DNA of 64,000 nucleotides from Octopus vulgaris (Eukaryota): NCBI GenBank assembly GCA_951406725.2, contig OX597836.1, positions 23,622,001 to 23,686,000 on the forward strand, given 5' to 3'. A program made the translations under genes and the position numbers. Positions 24,775-40,159 of this stretch are shown one piece after another. The notes beneath the pieces are model-generated. The model made no database searches and was not told where the DNA came from. It saw only the letters and a list, made by a program, of their open reading frames with translations. How positions within the stretch are numbered: the stretch's first letter is position 1; each line of letters begins with the position of its first letter.

Positions 24775-26309
24775 TAAAAAGAAATGAAAGAACAAAAGAA
24801 AAGAGAAAACGGAAACGATAGAAAACCAAGGAAACAAAAATTAAAAAAATCAACAAAAAAACCAACAAAAAAAACAAAGTTAGACAGTAATAAGATTAAC
24901 ATGTTTATTATAATTGTTTTTTTATTTTTACTCTTGTATTTTGTTATTTTAATAACAGTCTGTGTTTCGTATGAAGAAATGCTAATCAATAAAATATTTA
25001 ATAGTACAAATCTACATAATTTTGATTTATGGTAAAAATAATGTATCATTACATGCTAAATAATCGAAAATATAAAGCAAAAATACTTTGAGTAAATGAT
25101 GAAACCACGTCATGTGTGGTTTCATGGAAATATTCTTCAAAAGCAATTGGCTATTTTCTCGCTTCTGACAGTAGTCCTTTCCATGCCACATTTCTATTGT
25201 CCCTGGAGTTTCTAGATCAATAGATTCTCCTGTTTTGTATAGCGGATGCGTCAGAAGCTAATGAACCTTAAAATGTTTACGCTTTGTTTTTGCTCTCTGT
25301 TTATTCACGGCATAGCCATGTCACTTAGTGTAGCTATAAAATGAAAAGGAGTGTACAACTTCCGAATAGAATGACTCATATATCATCGAAATCTGCACTG
25401 AACGTCTTGTCTTTGAAGTCTGCCTCCCTATGACCACTTGAAGTATAATCCTTATAACACAAAGACTGAAGGCGTTTCGCATACTTCATAAGTATCTAGC
25501 CTACTATAAACTAAGATACCGATGATAAATGTGCTTCTTTCATGTGCACGCTAACATATCACTTTACCTCCATTTTAGGGTGTGTGCAAAAAGACAAAGT
25601 GGGCGCTATTTATTGTTGCCGCATCATTCAGTGACAAAGGTCGAGGGGGAAAAAATATCTGGAAACTGAATAGAAAAACAAAGTGACAGGAATTTTAAAT
25701 ATGAATTAAACGTTTGTTGCAAATATATTATAAACTTAAACATTTTAATCTAAAGAGACAATTATGTCTCGTGTATTCTACTGAGCAAAAGATTTCATAG
25801 AAAGAAGCAGACTAACAAAGAACACACACGCACATATATACACATAATTAAATTTCGTCTTTTAATTATTTGGAGAAATTGTGACAATTGATTTAAATCG
25901 ATTTGACAGCCAAATATTTTTGAATCGGTTGTAATCGATTGAACCAAACTACAGTATATAAGTGATATATTTTTGTCCAAGGGTATTGTCGACCTTGAAC
26001 GGATATGAACTCAAATCGTTGAATGATAAAACTATTATAAATACTTATTTAGTGCAGTGTGTTACTGTTTCCTATAATTTACTTTCCATATAATAGCAAT
26101 CTTATGTTATACAAATGTCATTACATTTGAAAATCTATCTTTCTTTTCAATATTTTCAGGACATTAATGAATCTGTTTAGTACTGATGTAATTCATATTC
26201 GGGTCATGAAAGGCATTCATGAAAAGCAAAAGGCCCGAAACGTTTGTTATTTAAATGACCTTGTAAACTGCATAATTGCCGCATTTTCCCGTTTCCCTTT
26301 TGCTCACTG

Positions 26310-26386
<77 letters not shown>

Positions 26387-26692
26387 CACACGCGCGCACG
26401 CACACAAACACACACACTCACGGACACACAGACACACACACTCACACAACTCATAGCTAACTAAAGATTGAAATACGACCCTACCCTCGCACCGTCAATT
26501 TCTTGCACCCTGGACGAGAACTACTTCTATTACTTAATGGAAATATCAGAACTAATTGATATAGCAATATGAACGATGTTGCCCACACGTGGCATTCTAC
26601 AATATTGTTCCATTCGTAGACATAATATTTCATCACGTCAATTAAATCCTTAGTTTTCCCGCCAGAATATATTTATATATACGCATGTCTTG

Positions 26693-26725
<33 letters not shown>

Positions 26726-27131
26726 ATGCTGGTATCAATGTATACGTATGTTATTGTACATACATATTCCTCACTGCGTGTCGTCAAACGCACAACAATT
26801 CATACCCATATATATGTTGTTGTATTTAAGAATGGTCATTTTGCCAGTTTAGCCAATAACGTAATATATATATATATATATATGCACCTACAACTGCGCA
26901 CTTACATGTATGTACTGAATGCACACACATACATACACACACACACACACACACAAACACACATACAGGGATGCTATAGCAATACAAGCAGCACACTCAT
27001 ATATCTCGTATACTCACATGCATACACTATTTCATAAATACAGGCATGTACATAAGTACATGCATTTACGTATGTATGTATGTATATACGTATGTATGTA
27101 TGTATGCATACATACATACATACATACATAC

Positions 27132-27179
<48 letters not shown>

Positions 27180-27248
27180 GTATGTATGTATGTATGCATA
27201 CACACATACATACATATATACATACATACATACGTAAATGCATGTACG

Positions 27249-27301
<53 letters not shown>

Positions 27302-27305
27302 ACGC

Positions 27306-27483
27306 AGGAATGGCTGTGTGGTAAGTAGCTTGCTTACCAACCACATGGTTCCGGATTCAGTCCCACTGCGTGACACCTTGGGCAAGTTTCTTCTACCATA
27401 GTGTCGGGCTGACCAAAGCCTTATGAGTGGATTTAGCAGACGGCAACTGAAAGAAGCCCGTCGTATATATATATATATGTGTG

Positions 27484-27554
<71 letters not shown>

Positions 27555-27771
27555 TGTGTGTGTGTGTGTGTGTGTCCACCATTGCTTGATAACCGATGTT
27601 AGTGCGTTTACGTATCCGTAATTTAGCGGTTCGGCAAAAGAGACCGATAGAATAAGTACTAGGCTTACAAAGAATAAGTCCTGGATTCGATTTGTTCGAC
27701 TATAGGGCGGTGCTCCAGCATGGCTGCAGTCAAATGACTGAAACAAGTAGAAGAATAGAAGACTAAAAGAA
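27306..27771 (+). mobile_element. SINE family A, full length
   Basis: Matches 20712-21157; internal (TG)n expanded. Confidence 0.92.
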
Positions 27772-28829
27772 ATACATACATACATATGCAGAGAGTGGCA
27801 AATCCATACGAGTATACAGGCGTTGATAGCGATTCAACGGAAATGTTGCCATGTTAAGTTGTCAGAAGCTGTTAAGGTACTTAGAAAAGTGACGGATTTA
27901 TGGGGTTAACAGCTGACAATATCAAACTTGAACCTCTCTCGATGCGTGTCACATACTTCGAAATATATTAATCATTATCACCGTTATCAGTATCATCGTC
28001 GTCGTCGTCATCATCATCATCATCATCATCATAATCATCACCATCATAATCATCATCATCATTAACATTACAACTACCATTACCTTTTACACTAATGCCG
28101 CCCTGTCGCCGCTGCCCCTGCTACCACCACTACTATCGCACACCTCCCCCGTTGCCGCCGCTGCCACCGCCGCCGTCACCACCACCACCACCACCACCAC
28201 CACCACCACCACCACCATAACCACCACTATCATTATCTTGCTCCTTCTCCTCCTCCCTCTCCTCAACCTCATCCTCAGCATCACCATCTTGCACCTCTTC
28301 CTCCTCCCTCTCCTCACCAGCATCATCATCATTCTAAACATGTATAGGAACCTATCTTTTTCTCAGTTACATGAACACATTGGTTAACTTGTTGAGTGTT
28401 ATGTCACAATAACAGCGTGTGACATTTGATCAGTTTAACAAGCAGCAATTCAGGAATTTACATGATAAATATATTGTTGGCAGCATTAGCAAGAAAACAA
28501 CAAGTCCGTCCACAATGCCTATTTAATAAATAAGAGACACATCAATATTTGCAGCTATTATTAGTAATAGTATTCATGTGCTATGTATATTGAACATAGA
28601 ACAATTAATGACAATAGATAAATGCTTCGAATATAGAAGCCACACAAAAGCAATGAGGAAAACAAGAGATTAAAGAAAAAAGAAATAAAGGCACAAAAAA
28701 ACAATGGAATAAATAGATGAAACTAAAGTTTAATGCTGTAGACTCTTTAGCACTTACCAACCTCGGCTGCCAGTTCGTGGCCGTTTGCTTCTCATTGAAG
28801 AGTTACTTTTGGTTCGTTTCAAAAACTGG

Positions 28830-29650
28830 CTTTGCTTTATGAGTCGAAAGAAACAGTTGCACACTGGCGTGGTTGATGTCGTTGATATTCAGTTTGTACA
28901 TCAACAGGACTAGTGTGGGTGGAGAGAGAATTTCAGAGAACTGAAAATGACTGTTTAGTAGAGAGAAAAAGCGAACACAATCGAGATGACAAGTGGAAGA
29001 AAGACAGCCGTGTCAGGTGGGACTCGGTTATACGAAGCGTTCATATTTATCAATTGAGGAAAATAAAAACTGTTCTAATAGCGATAGAAGAAATGGTATG
29101 TTTGCGATGCAGCATTGGTGAGTGAATCGTTGTGAATCATTCGGTTGACTATAGTTTGGGTATGGTCCAGGGTGCTCGCATGAGTAACTGCATCATCATG
29201 TTATATATATGAGCAGTAATCCAGTGCGGGTCTTGTTAGAGCTCTGTGGAGGGCCAACAGTTAATTATGTCTGAAGTAGTTTCTGTCTCTGTAGAGGAAG
29301 CCTAATTTCGAAGAAGCTATATAAACGATGTCGCTATGTAAAATCATCACAAATGTTTTGAAATAGCATTCATAGAAAATTTGAAGGTTTTAGTTGTATG
29401 TCGTCTATGAGTAGAAGGACTGTACTATAATGCTATTTTCTTTAAGTATGTAGTGCTTATGAATTTGTGCCGTTGAAAGAATGTTTTTGTATGTCTCTTC
29501 TCGTGGAGGCAGCGCTAGTCTAGGTTGTCTGTGGACGATGCTAGGGCGCCGAAGGCTAAGGTCGAGTGGAAAGGCTTTTCATCTGAAAATACACGTGTGC
29601 TGTTAAAAGAGGAATCAAAAATTAATTTGCTGAAGAACGTGTGAAATTGG
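28830..29650 (-). mobile_element. Decayed CR1/Jockey-like LINE 3' region
   Basis: rc LLALHRALTRPALDYCSYI...LDHTQ...FFYRY, the Y...RP.LEY/FYRYY pattern of LINE RT C-termini. Confidence 0.6.
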
Positions 29651-30242
29651 ACTATGCTCGCGGAGAGTTCTGGTATCAACTATTTCATTTTTATCCTTAG
29701 ATACAAAATTAAAATATATAAATAAATTATTATCGAAAGCTACTTAAATCTCTGGTATTTCTAATCTGCCTTATTTACTTTCTTTAGAAACGTAACAAGG
29801 AACATCAAATGTCCTCTGTCCGAAAAGATGACACACAATCAAATTTATCATCAGATATCAATCACAATGTCACAGTCAACTTGGCTGAAGGACATAATCG
29901 CCCCATCTTTATACAAACCGTAAGACTTCCTTTTCGGTTGCCTGAATAATCCAGCATTCATTACGCTCAGAATATTTCTACTCTTACCTTCAGTTGGAGT
30001 TTTTGCGGGATACAGTCATACATCACAAAAGCAATTGTCCAACTGAATATCAATTCAAATCAATGCTTCTCTCTGGAATGCCCCTTGATTAAAGTAGCAA
30101 GTTGCGAGAAAATGTGTCACCAAAGTACAGGTACAGCTTCCCCACCTGTACAACTTCACCACCAACCAGAAATTGTTAACAATGGTCGTTGTCTGTAATT
30201 ATCTTACAGGGCATCTCAACAAGTGACTCCTGCATGAATGCT

Positions 30243-30324
<82 letters not shown>
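30243..30324. repeat. (TAC)n trinucleotide microsatellite
   Basis: Directly visible. Confidence 0.97.
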
Positions 30325-30509
30325 GTCAGCCTGGCATCTCGTGACCAAGATTAACTCTTCACAGATGTCCTTGAATTTTCTTAGACAATACTGCTTCAAT
30401 ATGCTATAAAATGGACTGTATGTAATTGGTAGCAATACGTGACAAGGTGAGCGCAAAGTCAATATCCATAATCTCAGGATAAATTGATCATTTAACAAAT
30501 GATACTGAT

Positions 30510-32980
30510 TGCACATTGCCTCCCTTGCCGAGAGTGGCAGCAGGCCGTCGAGGTAGGCTCTGAAATCCATCCTGCTTTCCAGTGTATCATTCGTCCTGAA
30601 CACTAGACCGAAGTGCTGCTGGAAAGCCATATACAACGGCTTGGGATTTAGTAGCATGCGTCCATTATAGTCCACCGAAGAATGAATAATAGCATATTAC
30701 CACGTTGCATCTCTGCCATTTGGGCCAACTGAACGTCTTTCGTTCCTTCGAATCTTAGAATAGGCGTCCTAGCTCTGACAACGTAGCCTCCGAGATTCAC
30801 GTTGAAGAATTGAAGAAGCCAATCTCACTGAGATTGGTTGCGATGTCTTTCTTAAGAACATCTTCTAAGTTTCTAGTTTTCCCTGTAACATATTTCTGCT
30901 TCGCTACGAATTTACCAGACTTAATGGATTCTATCGCAAAGGACCTTTTCAGGACGAACCACTATTTGTTGTTGACGATTGTATCCTGTTATCCCTCGCT
31001 TAACTAATTTACTAATCCAATCTCTGTAAGCATGGCACGCCGGAAGAAATGCGTTCAGCTTCCGTAACCGGGTCCTTGCCTACGAAGCCAATGTAGGTCG
31101 TGGTTTATGTAGGTGATCACTTCAAATTTTGGACAACCTATGCTACCTCTGTCTATTGGCCTACAGCATACTCTATCAAAGTACGATCCGGATAACTCGA
31201 TGTGATTCACACTGGCGCATTTGGGAAATCCAGTCGGTACCTGTTAGGCATTTGGAAGCGTATGGGCAAGTTTGCAAGGCTTCCTCACACCTTCATGTAG
31301 GCTAGCCCTGTACAATCTCTGCATGCATTCAAGATGTCGTTCCAGTCACCCATTAGCACTTAGGCGTAGAACGTTTTTTTATCATTTTCATATGAGCTGG
31401 AGTCTTATGTGGGTATGTGATATATTCATGTTGAGCTATGTTTGTGTATTGATGAATATGTTTCGTTAAGCCCTTATTGTTTGCATCTATGGCTATAATT
31501 GATGATGCTTTTTGTTTGTTCGGTCTGGTAAGCTGTTCACTTAGTCTCGATTCGGATGACTTTTCGTTTGTTATGGTATTTGTAACTTTGGTGGTGTTTC
31601 TAGTGTTGGAAATGTTTGTGGTTGATCTGTTGTTGCAATGTGAGTCGTTTTCTCTGTCTCTTCCTCTAACCACATCACTTTTCGCTTCCAATTTTCCCCC
31701 TCTTTCTCTTCACAAGGATCCATTCTGATGATTTCTTTCAAACTGCAAAAACTCACCATTCTTCGTCAGATGATTATTTTGCAGCCGGAGACATTTGTGG
31801 CAATGGGGTGAGGAATGTCACTGCGGTCGCATATTTTTCTGTTCATTGTTTGTTTGACTGGAGTGGGTGAAGCCTCTTTGCTTTGTTGTGGTAGAGGTGG
31901 AATTTTTTTCTTCGCAGTTGCGGTATTGGTATTTGTTGCTGATGTTTTTGACTGTGTTTCTATTGTGGTTCCTTTTGGTGCTGTGGTTATTGTTTTTGAT
32001 GTCGCTGCTCGTGGTACTACTGCTGTTTTTATTGTAGATGTTGATGTGGTGAAGGTGTCGGCAGCAGAATGGAGAGGCTTTTTGTTATTTAAAATTTATT
32101 TTGCAGCAGGCAGAAAATATTTCACTGACTTCTATCTCCACATATAGAGCATCTCGGCCTTCTGTCCTCAACTGCTATAAAAAATCTATGAGCAATTTGA
32201 GAGGTTCATCAAGTCAGCTACAACCGACATACTTTTCCCGTCTGTCTGGGATAATAGTTCCACCCTGTGCCAGACCAATTTTCCCTTTCCCGGTTTGTCG
32301 ACTTGCAACATATTTGTTTTAATTTCTACGCATTTCATTTCTTCTTTTCCCCTCTTTCTTTTCACAAGTAGTTCCTTCAGTGATTTTTTTTTTCAAACTG
32401 ATTTCCTCACCGGGTGAGTTTTTGCAACTGGAGAAATCTTTACTACGGCTGCCGTGAACAAGGGAATGTACGCTGTTGGTGGTATCTCAGCCTCTTTTAT
32501 TTTCACTACCCTTCCATGAAGATATGTTGGAATAAACACACGATAATTTTCAGTGTTGTGGTCGAATTATCCTTCCTTGCTTTTTCAGTTGGAAACCTCA
32601 CCTCATCTCTGTCAAATTGTCTTTCTCAAGCGACATAGGTTGTTTATACCCCAGAATGGTTTTAAGGCACTTTTTAATCTGGGCCGCATTGTTCGCTTGA
32701 GTCACCTCGTTTTAAGTGCAGTACATTCATGTATAATGCTTGCCGTTGTTGTCATACATACATTATCTCTTAACAGTAGTAGGTAATGGCAGCAAACAAT
32801 TTTTATAATTGCTCCTTCATTAGCTATCCCCTGCCTTGATTTGGGAGGCCATGTCGGTTTTTTTCTTAAAAATTCAGAATTCGCCGCAAAGAGGCGAATA
32901 TTTAACAAAGCCATCGAGCTTCAGAGGATACTACGCCGCTTATCAACAAAATGGAACAACAAAAATAGAAACAACATTCT
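30510..32980 (-). mobile_element. Decayed Tx1/L1-like retrotransposon (ORF1 knuckle, APE end, ORF2 tower region)
   Basis: rc VEDRRPRCSICG (knuckle, about 32130), SYFDRV..YINHD (APE), RRQGPGY (GPGYWKLN-like), AFQQHFGLVF..FRAYLDGLLPLSAREA. Confidence 0.7.
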
Positions 32981-33084
32981 TTAAAACAACAAACAATAAA
33001 ATTGAACTCACGAGCTTCGTAAAGACTAACCTCCTCTTACAAGTACAGTGACGATGATAATGCTTTTGCTGCTGCTGCTGATAA

Positions 33085-33291
33085 TCCTTTCTACTATAGA
33101 CACAAGGTCTGGAATTCTGGGGAAGGGGGCCATTCGATAATATCGACCCCAGTGCGTAACTGGAACTTATTCCATCGAGCCCGAAAAGATAAAAGGCAAA
33201 GTTGACCTCGGCGGAATTTGAACTCAGAACGTAAGGACGGACGAAATGTTGCTAAGTATTTTGTTCAGCATGCTAACGGTTCTGCAGCTCG
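33085..33291 (-). mobile_element. SINE family C copy with a different tail
   Basis: Reverse complement of the 15624-15790 head and core. Confidence 0.85.
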
Positions 33292-33377
33292 AATAATATA
33301 ATTATGCGATAAATATGATGTTTAGCTCTGGATTAGTCCTAATTGATAAATAGTTTTAAAGAACGTTCTAGACATTA

Positions 33378-33435
<58 letters not shown>

Positions 33436-33835
33436 ACACAAACGCACACACGAACGAACACACACACAGACACAGAGACAGACAGATACACACACACGAA
33501 ATACACACACGTATAATTTACATTACACACAAACACTTATATACAATGTGTGTATGTGCTCAATATGTCCTATTTTAAACTGGAAGAAAGTGATGCAGAA
33601 GGTCTATTAGTAAAAATAAAGAATATGATGATAATGTCTATTCTTTTTAATCTTTTGTTTGTCCAGAAATCCTGTTAATTTATTTGCTAAACATCTAGAA
33701 AACAACAATTACACACGCAAGCAGACGCAAACCTGTGCACAGACAAACATCGCACGCACAGACACACAGAGGCTCACACGCGTTTTTACACTTCTGTATG
33801 AACCCATTTCTGAATGAGATTCTAAAAAAAAAAAA

Positions 33836-33909
<74 letters not shown>

Positions 33910-34570
33910 TGGTAAGGAGCAGAGAGACAAAGGGAAAGCAGGGCCTACACACTAACGCATATTTGTTGATTGTATGTGTGTGTGTGTGTGTGTGGATGCG
34001 AGTTATTTTTGCATAAATATATAAAAATACCTTATACATACAAATGCACGCACACATCCCTATACAGCGACCATTGTTATGTATGTTAATTAGATGAATG
34101 TGAGTACAGTGGAGTACAGGGTGTCAATGTGTGCACCACTGTATGTGTGTATGTATGTATGTATGTATGTATGTATGTATGTATGTATGTATGTATGTAT
34201 GTATGTATGTATGGGTATGTATGTATGGGTATGTATGTGTATGTATGTACGTATTTGTGTGTGTTTGTATGTATGTATGTATGTATGTCTTTATGTATGC
34301 ATGCATGTATGTATGTATGTATGTATGTATGTATGTTTGTGTGTATGTATGTATGTACGTATGTATGTACGTATGTATGTATGTATGTATGTATGTGTGC
34401 ATGTATGTATATGTGTGTATGTATGTATGTGTGTATGCATGTATGAGTGTATGCATATATGCATGTGTGTGTGTGTATATGTATGAATCTGTATCTTTTC
34501 ATCTTACTCTCCCCATCTATCTATCTCTCCATCTATCTATACAATACATATATACATATATGCATACACA

Positions 34571-34646
<76 letters not shown>

Positions 34647-34647
<1 letters not shown>

Positions 34648-34904
34648 TGGGTTGGTGCATAATTATTGCGGCATTTTTTTATTCAAATATTATTCAACAA
34701 AATCAATAACAATATTTCAATATTTAACAAAAAAACGTCTTTAAATGACGGTCTGACCGTCTGCCAACCAAATGGGAAGCAGTAATTGAAGTAGATGGTG
34801 AATATGCTCCGGAATAATCATTTAAAGATGTTTTGGTTACATGCTGTTATTGCTTTTGTCGAATAAAATTTGTTGAGAAAAAGCCGCAATAATTGTGCAC
34901 CAAC

Positions 34905-34908
<4 letters not shown>
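34647..34908 (+). mobile_element. Internally deleted mariner (MITE) inserted in (TA)n
   Basis: TIR ttgggttggtgca(t/c)aattattgcggc; TA flanks; internal DRLPTKWEAVIEVDGEY* (mariner C-terminus). Confidence 0.9.
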
Positions 34909-34954
<46 letters not shown>

Positions 34955-34955
<1 letters not shown>

Positions 34956-35139
34956 TCTCTTTTACTCTTTTACTTGTTTCAGTCATTTGACTGCGGCCAT
35001 ACTGGAGCACCGCCTTTAGTCGAGCAAATCGACCCCGGGACTATAGCAGAAGACACTTGCCCAAGATGCCACGCAGTGGGACTGAACCCGGAACCATGTG
35101 GTTGGTTAGCAAGCTACTTACAACACAGCCACTCCTGCG

Positions 35140-35141
<2 letters not shown>
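34955..35141 (-). mobile_element. SINE family A with central deletion
   Basis: Head joined directly to the last part of the tail at ctatagtcc. Confidence 0.88.
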
Positions 35142-35233
<92 letters not shown>

Positions 35234-35868
35234 TATATAAATATATATAGGCGCATGTATATATATATATATATATATATATACATAACACGCACGCACG
35301 CACACCCACCCACGCCCACACATACATCATCATCATCATCATGTCTACTTCTGTTTTATCTTAGATACTGTAAAGTTTTATATAAAAAAATAAAAAAATA
35401 GCGAACCACGTGTTAAATGTTTCGGAAAAATATTATTTATGAAACAATTGTAAGCAAATATGGAGAGAGAATTTCTAGCATTTGTCAATCATTCACAAAT
35501 CTGTGCACTAACGATATTCAGACAAACAGCTGTCGACGATATCAGAGCGTACCTCTGGGTGTCATGAAAAAGAGAACGAGCAGACAGAGAGTACACATAG
35601 AGTAGGTGTTTAAATGCGAAAAGGAAAAAACATAGTAAAGCAGGGCTTGGCACGGATGGGGTGGGGTGGGGGAGGGGAGGGCGGTGGCGGTGAGGGTGAG
35701 GGTGGGGTGGTGGTGGTGTAAGACGTTGAGAGCAAAGAAGAAAAAGAGAAGGGAGGAATAGAAAAGAAAAACCTTAGAAGAAAAAAAAGATTAGGATAAA
35801 AGGGAAAGAAAGAAAGAGCAACAGTGAAAAGAAGTCAAGGAAGAGAGAAAATATACTGTGAGGGATAT

Positions 35869-35912
<44 letters not shown>

Positions 35913-35986
35913 TATCGCGCGCGCGTTCTCTCTCTCTCTCTGACACACACACACACACATTGAAGACATGCTCGCACAATGCACTT

Positions 35987-36078
<92 letters not shown>

Positions 36079-36107
36079 AACATGTGGGTAGGTATGTACG
36101 TATGTGC

Positions 36108-37186
<1,079 letters not shown>

Positions 37187-37214
37187 GTATATATATATGT
37201 ATGTATGTATATAT

Positions 37215-37955
37215 AGTGTAATAAATAGAATATATGCATACATACATACATATATGTACGTACCTACATCTACATGTATATATACATGCATATATAAATA
37301 TATATACGTGAGTACAGGACACCACAATTAGACGCAGAACTCAACGAGACGAAAACATTAAAACAAGCATGGAACGAACCTTTTTTTTACAAAGAAAAAA
37401 CAGAGTACTACACAAGGAAAAATCCCCTTCATCAACTGTCCCTAGTTCAACTCCAGCGTGTTTCGAAGGTGAGGACAGAACACGACTCGTCGAACTAGCC
37501 CTTCCTGCGAAGAAATTAAAGGAAATTACTTCGCAGAGGGGTAAAACAAGAAAAGAACAAAATGTGACACAAACAGGACGTAAAAACGATACAAATAAAA
37601 TTACAAAATAAAATACAAAATAAAATGCAAAATAAAAATACAATTACAAAAAAATACAATACAAGAAATAAAAACACACAAGAAAACAACCAAAGAGGGC
37701 CTTTTTTGCCTAGACGAGGAGAGATTCAAGGCGCGCAAGAAAACCGTGTGTTTACAGTTAGAAGGCCGCATGCAAAAGGAAGTATTTGGCCGGCTATGAG
37801 AGAGATGAGGAGGAGTGAGAGAGAGATAGTATTTCTTGTATTGTATTTTTTTGTAATTGTATTTTTATTTTGTATTTTATTTTGTATTTTATTTTGTAAT
37901 TTTATTTGTATCGTTTTTACGTCCTGTTTGTGTCACATTTTGTTCTTTCCTTGGA
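37215..37955 (-). mobile_element. PLE pseudo-LTR (family of 8010-8900) with inverted duplication
   Basis: Homologous to 8020-8420; IR arms 37547-37669 and 37830-37952. Confidence 0.72.
37424..37498 (-). ncRNA. Rearranged hammerhead-like motif
   Basis: rc: CUAGUUCGAC-gagu-CGUGU-U-CUGUCCU-CA-CCUUC-GAA-ACACG-cugga-GUUGAACUAG-GGACAG-UUGAUGA-AGGGG. Confidence 0.68.
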
Positions 37956-38185
37956 AAGAGAGCAATTAAAATAGAAATAATAACAAAACATGTTTCCCCA
38001 TTTTACTTTATATTTCAATATTTCGGGTAAAATTCCCTTTGTAAAGGAAAATGAAAAATAGTGAAACGGTTGTATAGATTTGGAGTAAGCACGCTGCGAC
38101 ATGCACAGAATAGTTTTATGACTACACCAAATCAAGTTCGTGCATTTCGTATCTATTGGAAGATAGTTATTAAAGAGTATAACCC

Positions 38186-38492
38186 TATCTATCTATCCGC
38201 TCAGTCGAAGTCGACTCTCGGTTACTCGATGGATCAGTGTCCTCCAGTCAGTTCTATCCTGGGTCGCTTCTTTCAGATTGGCTATGTCCATTCCGGTATC
38301 ACTCTTGATGGTGTCAAGCCAGCGGGTTCTTGGCCGGCCTCTTCCTCTCTTGCCACTGACCATTCCGAGCATGATGTCCTTCTCCAGGGATTTTCTCCGC
38401 ATAATATGACCAAAATATGCCAATCTATGCTTGGTGATCCTAGCTTCTAGCGACATTTTCGGCCTGATCTGCTTAAGAACTTCTCCATTGGT
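38186..38492 (-). mobile_element. Young 5'-truncated RTE (BovB-like) LINE
   Basis: Uninterrupted RLAYFGHIMRRKSLEKDIMLGMVSGKRGRGRPRTRWLD..DRTDWR; (TAGA) tail; TSD gtataaccc at 38177-38185 and 38493-38501. Confidence 0.93.
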
Positions 38493-38999
38493 GTATAACC
38501 CATTAATCTTGAAATGCCGTAAAGGTAACCTTGATAGTGAGCACGACGATCTGGGTGTTTCATTGCTGCAAAGGAAGTGTTTGTGTGGACATGTTAATTA
38601 ACGTGTGGTTTGCAGACAATACTTCCAGATTTATAGTAAAGTATTCGGCTCATTGTAAAATATACGGCTCTCAAGTATACATCCGTATAGCTGAAGAGAC
38701 AGTTGTCAAATGTTTGCTCGACATGTCTCAAAGGGGAACTTTGTCAGAGAAGAACCAAAGTGTACCACTTGTATGCTCAATGTCGCTCTGCGGATCGTTT
38801 GACTGATTACAACAGCACTTCGATTATTACAATAGCAGTTTGACTGATTACAATAGCAGTTCGATTATTCGAGTTTGATCTTTTAGGGAGCACAAAACGT
38901 TTCTGGTGGTTTGAACATTTTTCAGGCAGTAATTTGGAATGCTGGTTTTTGGTGAAGGACACTGGCTATGCATTTATGTATGTATGCTACTTATTTTGT

Positions 39000-39275
39000 C
39001 GTTTTTCTTTTGCCGAACCACTACGTTACTGAGACGTAAACAAACCAGCACCGGTTGTCAAGCAGTGGTGAGAGAAAGCACAAAGACACACACACACACA
39101 CATGCAAATGCGAAGGGATTCTTTCAGTTTCTATTAATCAAGTCCACCAGATCTACTCACAAGGCTTTGGTTGGCAAGAGGCTATAGTAGAAGATATTTG
39201 GCACGATGCCGAACAGTGTGAGCGAACTCATGACTACATGGTTGGGAAGCAAGATTTTTAACCACACAACCAGCT
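39000..39275 (-). mobile_element. Diverged SINE family A copy
   Basis: ctcacaaggctttggttggc...ctatagtagaagat...aaccacacaacc is the reverse complement of family A. Confidence 0.75.
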
Positions 39276-40159
39276 CGCAGAAATAAAACAAAAAAATATA
39301 AGTTTGCTTCTGGCGTTTTGGCGGGAAGATAGCTGGGTGTATGTGGTGATGCTATCGTATTCGGGATATAATTTTATTAAATTAAAAACTTGTTTGATTG
39401 GATAAGTACATTTAATTGAGATTTAGATTATATAGAATATTTGAAAGAAACAGATTCTATGTCTTGCTGGAATACATTTATAAGAGGAATCCACAAGAGT
39501 GTTCCATAGAATAGGCTTAGAATGTCTTAACTGTATATATATCATGCAGAGCAACTGAATAAAAAGACAAATTCAAAACAAATATTAAACTAAATATGTA
39601 CTAGGGCAGAAGTGTGTTCCTGGAAACTGTTTTTTTTTTCCATACGGACACAACCGGAATAGTCGTCAACTGGAAAAAAAAATGTAAATTCTGATTTACC
39701 CATTTTAAGCAGATCTGAAACTTAACTGAATTCACATCTCCAAAACTTAGCATGATATCAAATAAAGCAGTAGTTTTACTTAGAATGAAGAATATGACAG
39801 CTTGTCAAAAATGCACCAGAAATCAGGAATCACTAGAATGATTCACAGAGCAAGTTTAGAGCAATGCGATTTGATGTGTGGTATAAAGAATTAAAAAGTA
39901 ATTCAAGGCATATTCATATCAAAATAAGCATATTTATTATGCCTCAATACAATTGTGTGTCTGGGAACTACTTGCACTCATAGAGACACAAACAGAACAA
40001 TCATTAGTTGGAAATAAATAAGTGAAATCTTTTGTAACCCAAATTACATATTCTTAGTTATATCACTCTGGATCTTGTTTCTAGAGGATCTTAGTGGATT
40101 CCTCTTTTATAATGCAGTCGTGATGTATTTTGAGAAATATTTATCGTAATAGTTTCGAT

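Noticed and set aside
26180-26250. Hammerhead-like ...ggcccgaaacgtt
   Set aside because: No intact CUGANGA in a pairing position
28087-28341. 84-aa ORF with poly-Val/Ala/Arg
   Set aside because: Trinucleotide repeat mosaic with no splice or domain support
38520-38940. Tc1-like fragment with about 20-bp tandem repeats
   Set aside because: Similarity too faint; no paired TIRs found
39598-39985. Possible MITE with weak inverted ends
   Set aside because: Inverted match too degenerate; no TSD
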